NCBI GenBank assembly: GCA_963762535.1
Contig: CAVXKX010000006.1
Coordinates: 66,638 to 130,637 of the forward strand
Reading direction: 5' to 3'
Source: an uncultured Actinomycetota bacterium
Lineage (GTDB): Bacteria > Actinomycetota > Actinomycetes > Mycobacteriales > Mycobacteriaceae
Length of the DNA stretch: 64,000 bases
Both the position numbers and the translations under genes were made by a program. A model generated the notes under the pieces. The model was not told where the DNA came from. It ran no database searches and was given only the letters and a program-made list of their open reading frames with translations. Shown here piece after piece: positions 56,299 through 64,000 of the stretch. Position 1 is the stretch's first letter, and every line of letters starts with the position of its first letter.

Positions 56299-56814
56299 TC
56301 AGCGTAACGGGCTGTGGCTGACGGCAGCAGGTTAAGGACACGCAGTGTTTGATCGGACGGTCTGATAGAGCGGGCTGACCAGCCAAGATGATGGCGCTCA
56401 GGTCACAGACTGAGCATCGAATCAGCTAAGGTCGAGACTGATGAAACATTCAGTTAATAGGGTATTACTTTTTGCTAACGAATGTCTTTGAATGAATAGC
56501 GTTTGCTTAGTAATCTCGATTGGTGTCAGACCCTATAACGCACAATGGCGCTATGAGCATTGGTAGCGCTGCGGGCGTGCGCTATCTGCTACGGCGTCGG
56601 CACGCGGAGCACAACTCAAGAGGCCTTATCCCCTGGCGCTAAACGATCCGGCTCGATAGCTGTAGTAAAGAGCACCTCGCCGAATTTTGGAACCTGAGAA
56701 CTGACAACTTGACGGGTGTTTGTTAACAGCTCGGTAAATGTCGGGGTTAACGCTGGGCTGGCTGAGCGGCTGTATACGGTCTGACCTGCACGGATGCTAC
56801 ACTATTGCGCACGT

Positions 56815-56930
56815 GAAAATTTCTTCAAGATCTTTTCGCTGTTTCTATTTCAAATGTCGTTACGTAAACGGTACCTTAACGGCACCTGAGATCGACTCAA
56901 GTCAGTCATTACGGAAGGTCTATGGCGATG
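56815..56930 (+). promoter_or_regulatory. Conserved upstream/leader block, copy 1
   Basis: GAAAATTTCTTCAAGATCTTT...GGTACCTTAACGGCACCTGAG...CTCAAGTCA...GGAAGGTCTATGG is shared with 61297-61410. Confidence 0.7.
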
Positions 56931-59900
56931 GCTGGTCAGCGCTCCTCAAAGACACAGGTCGGCGAAGGCTAAGGCTCGTCGGCGTCGGACGTCTAGGCTT
57001 GGGTAGTAGTGCGGGGGCGTTTTTGGCGTTTGGGTTGGACCCGTTGGCGGGTGCGCCGAGCGCGAAGGCTGATGCGTTGACGCATTGGATTGATTTGATC
57101 ATCGAGTCGGCGGTGTCGTCGATGGCGGGTGCGGTGAACCCGGTGGAGTTTTTGGATCCGTGGGTGTTGACGGCGGCGTTTGGTGATTTGGCTACCCCGA
57201 ATGGGTGGGAAACGTTGTTTAATGATCTGTCCAGCATTGCCAGTGACGGGTTGGCGGTTCCGGATGCCGACCAGGCGGCGGCAACCGACACGGCCGGTGA
57301 TGCTGGCGCGGCGGCCTCAGCGACGGATCCGACGACGGCATTCTGGCAGGGTCTTGAGCAGGACTGGATCAACAGTTCGTTTGGTAAGCAGGTCGACAGC
57401 TCGTTGAACGCGTATATGGCCCAAGCCGATCCGGCGGCTGACCCCACCGGTGGGGCGTGCGGGTTGATCTGTAACGGTGCCGATGGCACCGGGGGCGGTT
57501 CGCTGACCGCGGCCGATGGCCAGGGCGGCGGGATCTTCTTCGGTAACGGCGGTAACGGCGCTACCGACGCGGCCGGCCAAGGCGGTGATGGCGGTAACGC
57601 CGACTTCTTCGGCAACGGCGGTAACGGCGGTGTCGGTGCGGATGGCGGGGACGGCGGTAACGGCGGTAACGGCGGGTAGTTCTACGGCAACGCCGGTAAC
57701 GGCGGTGACGGTGGGGCCGGGGTGGCCGGCGAGCATCGGTAATGTCGGCGGCGCTGGCGGTGCCGGCGGTAACGCGGGCACGGTGGGTGCGTTCAACTTC
57801 TTCGGCACCGGCGGCAACGGCGGTAACGGCGGGGTCGGCGGTGCCGGTGGTGCCGGGGCGACCGGTACGACCGGGGCGACCGGGTGTGGCCGGGGTCAAC
57901 GACGGCATGGGCGGCAACGGCGGCAACGGCGGGGTCGGCGAAAACGGTGGCGCGGGCGGGGACGGCGGCGATGCCAGCAAGGGCAGCTTGTTCGGGGCCA
58001 CCGGGGTCAACGGCAACGGCGGTAACGGCGGGGTCGGCGGCAACGCCGGGGCCGGCGGCAACGGTGGTGACGGTGCGGCCGGGGTGATCGGGGTGCCCGG
58101 CACCAACGACGTGAACGGTGCCGGCGGTAACGGCGGCAATGGCGGTGCCCCGGGCACGGTGGGCGGCACCGGTGGGCCCGGCGGGGCGGCCGGTACCGGC
58201 GGCACCGGCGGGATGAACGGCAACATGGGTGGTAACGGCGGCGCCAGCGACGATCGGCGGCAACGGCGGCAACGGCGGCAACGGCGCCGACGGCAGCTTC
58301 GCCGGCGGCGGCGCGGGCAACGGCGGCCTGGGTGGTAACGGCGGCAACGGTGCGGCCGGGTTCACCGACAACGGCGGCAACGGCGGCAACGGCGGGGTGG
58401 GTGCGCAAGGCGTCGCGTCGCCATCCCACCGGCGGTAACGGCGGGCAGGGCGGTAACGGCGGCAACGCGGGGTCGGTCGGTAACGGCGGTAACGGCGGGG
58501 TCGGCGGTAACGGCGGCCAGGGCATCAACGGCACCGACGGGATCACCGGCGGTAACGGGCACGGCACCGACGGCACCAACGGCGGCAACGGCGGCAAAGG
58601 CGGCAACGGCGGCGGCGGCGGCCAAGCCGGCACCGTGTCAGGGGTAACAGCGGCAACGGCGGCAACGGTGGGGTCGGCGGCATCGGCGGGTCGAGGCGGT
58701 AACGGCGGCAACGGCATGGATGGCACCGCCAGTGCACCCCAACGGCGGTGACGGCGGCGATGGCGGCAAGGCCGGTATCGGCGGCACCGGTGGTAACGGC
58801 GGACACGCCGGCACCGCCGGGACACCACCGGGAGCGGTCGGCAACGCCGGCAACGGCGGCCAAGGCGGCAGCGCCGGCACTGCGGGTAACGGCGGCAACG
58901 GCGGCACCGGCTACACCTTCACCAGCGGCGACCACGCCGGCGGTAACGGTGGCAATGGCGGTAAGGGCGGCAACGCCGGTACCGCGGGCAACGGCGGCAA
59001 CGCCGGCACCGGCAACGGCGGCACCGCAGGTGCGGCCGGCACCAACGGCAACGGCGGCACCGGCGGCAACGGCGGCAACGGCGGCAACGGATTCGGCAGC
59101 ACCGGGTTCGCCCGGCAACGCCGGCGATGGCGGCAAGGGTGGTAACGGCGGGAACGGCGGCAACGGCGGCACCGGCGGCACGGCATCGGCACCGGCGGCA
59201 ACGGCGGCAACGGCGGCACTCGGCGGTAACGGCAGCGACGGCGGCGCGGCGCCAACGCCGCTGCAACCCAACGGCAACGACGGCGGCAACGGCGGCAACG
59301 GCGGTAACGGCGGGGACGGCGGTAACAGCGGCCACCTCGGCGGTAACGGCGGCCAGGGCGGCAACGCCGGTAACGGCGGCAACGGCCGGTAACGGCTCGA
59401 CGGGCTTCCAGATCACCAACAACGTGATCGGCGACCCTGGCTTCAACGGCGGTAACGGCGGTATCGGTGGTGCCGGCGGCAACGCTGGTGACGGCGGTAA
59501 CGCCATAGGCACCCTGCAAGCCGGCAACGGCGGCAACGGCGGCACGGCAGGCGAGGGCGGCAACGGCGGCAACGACGGAGCCGGCTCTAACGCGCCTGGC
59601 CAAGCCCGATCAACATCGAAACACCAACGGCGGCGACGGCGGCGACGGCGGCAACGGCGGCTGCCGGCGGTGCCGGCGGCGACGGCGGCAACGGCGCACT
59701 CACCGGCAACGGCGGCACCGCCGCGGCAACGGCGGCAACGGCGGCATCGGCGGCACCGGCGCCAACGGCGGCGCCGCCGTCGGCACCGGCACCGGCGGCA
59801 ACGGCGGCAACCGCCGGCACGGGCGGCAGCGCCGGCGACGGCGGCAACGGCGGTAACAGCGGCGCCCTCGGCGGCAACGGCGGCACCGGTGGCGCCGGCG

Positions 59901-61025
59901 GCACCGGCGGCAACACCGGAGCCAGCGCCGGCAACGGCGGCTACAGCGCCAACGGCACCGGCGGCGACGGCGGTTAAGGCGGTCACGGCGGCAACGGCGG
60001 CTACGGCGGCGACGGCGGCGACAGCGGCAACGCCCGGCAACCGGTAACGGCGGCGACGCCGGCGCCGGCGGCAACGGCGGCAACAGCGTCGACGGCGGTA
60101 ACGGCGGCAACGGCGGGGCGGCCAACGGACAGCCAGGCCGGCGGCAACGGCGGCAACGGCGGCCAGGGCGGTGCCGGCGGCACCGCCGGCGCCGGCGGCG
60201 ACGGCGGCAACGCCGACGGATCCGGCAACGGCGGCAACGGCGGCAACGCCGGCAACAATGGCACCAACGCCACCGGCGGCAACGGCGGCACACGGCGGAG
60301 CGGCCAGCGCCACCGACAGCCCAGCACGGCGGCAACGGCGGCAACGGCGGCGACGGCAACTGCCGGCACCGGCGCCACCGCCACGGTGACGGCGGTAACG
60401 GCGGCAACGCGCCGGGCTCCGGCCACGGCGGCAACGGCGGCAACGGCGGCAACGACACCAACGCGAGTGCCGGCGGTAACGGCGGTAACGGTGGTGCGGC
60501 CAGCAACGTCGTGGGCGGCGGCAAGGGCGGCAACGGTGGCACCGGCGGCAACGGCGGGCAACACCGGCTAACCCGCCGCGGGCGGCAACGGCGGGGACGG
60601 CGGTAAGCGCCGGCCCGGGCGGCACGGCTGGTAACGGCGGTAACGGCGGGACCGCCGGCACCGGCGGCAACGGCGGCAACGGCGGCGCCGCAGGGCCCGC
60701 GGGCGCTGCCGGCGGCGGCAAGGCCGGCACCGACGGAGCCGGCGGCAACGGCTCGGGCGGCAACGCGGGCGGCGACGGTGGCAAGGGCGGCAGCTCTACC
60801 GGCGCCGGCACCGGCGGAACCGGCGGCAACGGCGAAAACGGCTCGGTCGGCGGTAACGGCGGCGCCAACGGCAACGGCGCTCGCGGGTACCACAGCTCCC
60901 GGGCTGGGCACCGCGAACGGCCCCACTGCGGGGACCCGGGCCAGCCGCGACACCGGCGCCACCGGCGGTAGCGGGTGGCAACGGCGGCCACGCGGGTATC
61001 GGCGGCAAGGGTGCGCCCCAAGTAA
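56928..61025 (+). CDS. PGRS (Gly-rich repeat) protein with an N-terminal signal peptide instead of a PE domain, copy 1 (many indels; one TAG at 57677)
   Basis: Basic N-region, then [24 protein letters not shown], an acidic domain, [10 protein letters not shown], and ~3.4 kb of GGNGGNG repeats. Confidence 0.8.
57530..60900 (+). repeat. PGRS GGC-GGC-AAC repeat tract
   Basis: Dense GGCGGCAACGGC / GGCGGTAACGGC 9-bp periodicity. Confidence 0.95.
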
Positions 61026-61041
61026 ATCGCTACAGGAGGCA

Positions 61042-61083
61042 ACACAAGGGAGAGGCCCGCTTCGGCGGGCCTCTCTTTTGTGT
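61042..61083 (+). terminator. Intrinsic terminator after PGRS copy 1
   Basis: An 11-bp stem GAGAGGCCCGC with a TTCG tetraloop and GCGGGCCTCTC, then TTTT. The stem extends with ACACAA/TTGTGT. Confidence 0.9.
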
Positions 61084-61296
61084 GTCGAATCGAAGCGTGC
61101 GTATTAGAACCGCCGGGGGATTTAGGGACACCCTAAAGAAGCATTCCAGCTACCAGTACGGCGAGCCCTCCGAGATCAGGCCGCCAGAGAACAGAAAGCT
61201 TCTTTCGAGAGCTTGCCTTGATCACATAAGTGAGGCCAAGAAAACTTACGGTTGTGAGCCTGCTAAATATAGCTGAGTGGCTCGCCCGACGGTGCG

Positions 61297-61410
61297 GAAA
61301 ATTTCTTCAAGATCTTTTTGCGTTTTCTATTTCGGCTGCGTTACATAAGAGGTACCTTAACGGCACCTGAGAACACTCAAGTCATGCTTAAGGAAGGTCT
61401 ATGGACGATG
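61297..61410 (+). promoter_or_regulatory. Conserved upstream/leader block, copy 2
   Basis: Collinear with 56815-56930 and ends at the equivalent ATG. Confidence 0.7.
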
Positions 61411-64000
61411 GCTGGTCAGCGCTCCTAAGAACAATCGGCAGTCGGCGAAGGCTAAGGCGCGTCGGCGGGATCTGGGCATTAGGCCTTCGGTGGTAGTGCC
61501 GGGGCGTTTTTGGCGTTTGGGTTGTACCCGCTGGCGGGTGCGCCGAGCGCCAAGGCCGATGTGTTCGACGACATCCTGGATCTGGCTGGTCGGGGTCGGC
61601 GGCCTCGTCGGCGATCACCGCGGTCAACCCGATCGATTTTTTGGACCCGGGGGTGTTGACCGGGTTGCTGAGGGATTTGAGCTACCCCGGCGGGGTGGGA
61701 AACGTTGTTCAACGATCTGGGTAACGCCAGCAGCCTTGACGCCTTGTTCTCGGGCCAGACCAGCCTGGCATCCGACACTGGCGCTGGCGCGGCGGCAGCC
61801 ACCGATCCCACGACGGCATTCTGGCAGGGTCTTGAGCAGGACTGGATTAACACCCCGTTTGGTCACGCAGGTCGACTCCTCGCTGAACACGTGGTTCGCG
61901 CAGGCCGATCCGGCCGCCGACCCCACCGGCGGGGCGTGCGGTCTGATCTGTAACGGCGCTGACGGTATCGGCGGCGGCTCGCTGACAGAGGCCGATGGCC
62001 AGGGCGGCGGGATCTTCTTCGGTAACGGCGGCAACGGCGCCACCGACGCCGCGGGCCAAGGCGGTGTGGGCGGTAACGCCGACTTCTTCGGCAACGGCGG
62101 TAACGGCGGCGTCGGTACGGACGGCGGCGACGGCGGCGATGGCGGTAACGGCGGGTTGTTCTTCGGCAACGCCGGTAACGGCGGTGACGGTGGGGCCGGG
62201 GTGCCCGGCGGCATCGGTGAGCCCGGCGGCGCCGGCGGTAACGGCGGTAACGCCGGCCAGGTGGGCCAGTTCGCCTTCTTCTTCAGCAACGGCGGCAACG
62301 GCGGCAACGGCGGGGTCGGCGGCATGGGCGGTGCCGGGGCCAGCGGCGCCACCGGGGCCACCGGGGTGGCCGGGGTCAACGACGGCATGGGCGGCAACGG
62401 CGGGTAGGGCGGTGTCGGTGAAAACGGCGGCGCGGGCGGTAACGGCGGCGACGGCAGCAAGGGCAGCGTGTTGTTCGGCAACACCGGCACCAACGGCAAC
62501 GGCGGCAACGGCGGGGCCGGCGGCAACGCCGGGGCCGGCGGCAACGGCGGCGACGGCGCGGCCGGGGTCTTGGGGCCTCAATGGCGCCAACAACGTCAAC
62601 GGCGCCGGCGGTGATGGCGGCAACGGCGGTGCCCCGGGCACGGTGGGCGGCACCGGTGGGCCCGGCGGGCACGCCGGCACCGGCGGGGTCGGCGGTGATC
62701 AACGGCAACATGGGTGCCAACGGCGGCGCCAGCACGATCGGCGGCAACGGCGGCAACGGCGGTAACGGCGGCGACCGGTGACTTCAGTGTGGCGGCCAGC
62801 GCCGGCAACGGCGGCCTGGGCGGCAACGGCGGCAACGGCGCGGCCGGGTTCACCGACAACGGCGGCAACGGCGGCAACGGCGGGGTCGGGAGCCCAAGGC
62901 ATCGCGTCGCATCCCACCGGCGGCAACGGCGGGCAGGCCGGTGACGGCGGCAACGCGGGGTCGGTCGGTAACGGCGGCAACGGCGGGGTCGGCGGTAACG
63001 GCGGCCAGGGCCTCAACGGCACCGACGGCACGGCCGGGTTCAACGGCAACGGCACCGACGGCACCGCCGGCGGCAACGGCGGCCTCGGCGGCGGCGGCGG
63101 TAACGGCGGCCAGGCCGGCACCGTGTCGGGTAACAGCGGCAACGGCGGCAACGGCGGGGTCGGCGGCATCGGCGGGCTACGGGCGGCAACGGCGGCAACG
63201 GCGCTCGAAGGCACCGCCAGTCACCCCAACGGCGGTGACGGCGGCGATGGCGGCAACGCCGGTGCCGGCGGCACCGGCGGCAACGGCGGACACGCCGGCA
63301 CGGTCCCGGTGACCAACACCACCGGGGCGGTCGGCAACGCCGGCAACGGCGGCCAAGGCGGCAGCGCCGGCACTGCGGGTAACGGCGGCAACGGCGGCAC
63401 CGGCTACACCTTCACCAGCGGACCGGCCACGCCGGCGGTAACGGCGGCAACGGCGGTAAGGGCGGCAACGCGGGTACCGCGGGCAACGGCGGCAACGCCG
63501 GCACGGCGGCAACGGCGGCACCGCAGGAGCGGCCGGCACCAACGGCAACGGCGGCACCGGCGGCAACGGCGGCAACGGCGGCAACGGCATTCGGCAACGG
63601 CGTTCGACGGCGGCAACGCCGGCGATGGCGGCAAGGGCGGTACCGGCGGCGCCGGCATCGCGCAACGGCGGCACCGGCGGCAACGGCGGCATCGGCGGTA
63701 ACGGCAGCGACGGCGCGGCAGCCAGTGTGTTGTCCAACGGCAACGACGGCGGCAAGGGCGGCACCGGCGGTGACGGCGGGGCCGGCGGTAACAGCGGCCA
63801 CCTCGGCGGTGACGGCGGCCAAGGCGGTAACGCCGGTAACGGCGGCAACGCCGGTAACGGCGCAGCCGGCTTCCAGATCGCCAACAACGTGATCAGCAGC
63901 GCCGGGCTACAACGGCGGTGACGGCGGTATCGGTGGCACCGGCGGCACCGGTGGTGACGGCGGTAACGCGATGGGCACCCTGCAAGCCGGCAACGGCGGC
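61408..64000 (+). CDS. Signal-peptide PGRS protein, copy 2 (truncated by the window end; many indels)
   Basis: Same ATGGCTGGTCAGCGCTCC start, [41 protein letters not shown], then Gly-rich repeats collinear with copy 1. Confidence 0.8.

Noticed and set aside
57677-57679. In-frame TAG in PGRS copy 1 (and at 62405 in copy 2) as stop-codon readthrough or recoding
   Set aside because: The paralog has TTG at the equivalent position (62156), the two stops are not homologous, and the region is error-rich. These are likely base-call errors.
56920-63887. Long minus-strand Pro-rich ORFs (PPLPPLPP)
   Set aside because: These are antisense shadows of the GGC-GGC-AAC PGRS repeats.

Overview
GC-rich mycobacterial chromosomal window, collinear with the M. 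tuberculosis Rv2559c-Rv2594c region: rarA, the transglutaminase/ATP-grasp cluster, aspS, hisS, rel, apt, secDF-yajC, gabT, car and ruvABC. An ESX-5-type esx pair and signal-peptide PGRS proteins suggest a slow-growing non-tuberculous species, possibly terrae-type (inference). Many genes, including essential ones, are broken by single-base indels, which most likely reflects an unpolished assembly. Accessory inserts include: (1) an OleA-like condensing enzyme directly abutting a PAPS-dependent sulfotransferase with no oleBCD, in a co-directional run with a carboxylesterase and two unknown secreted proteins. This is the best candidate for an undescribed lipid pathway. (2) A PE-PPE-esx-esx cassette. 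(3) An extra Rpf behind an AT-rich region. (4) A second, lipoprotein-like cyclophilin. (5) A small Cys/Trp-repeat secreted protein. (6) A ~4.5 kb tandem duplication of PGRS genes that carry a signal peptide instead of a PE domain. Two LexA boxes, several terminators or REP-like hairpins and MIRU-like repeats are visible. No tRNA, rRNA, CRISPR array or transposase was recognised.
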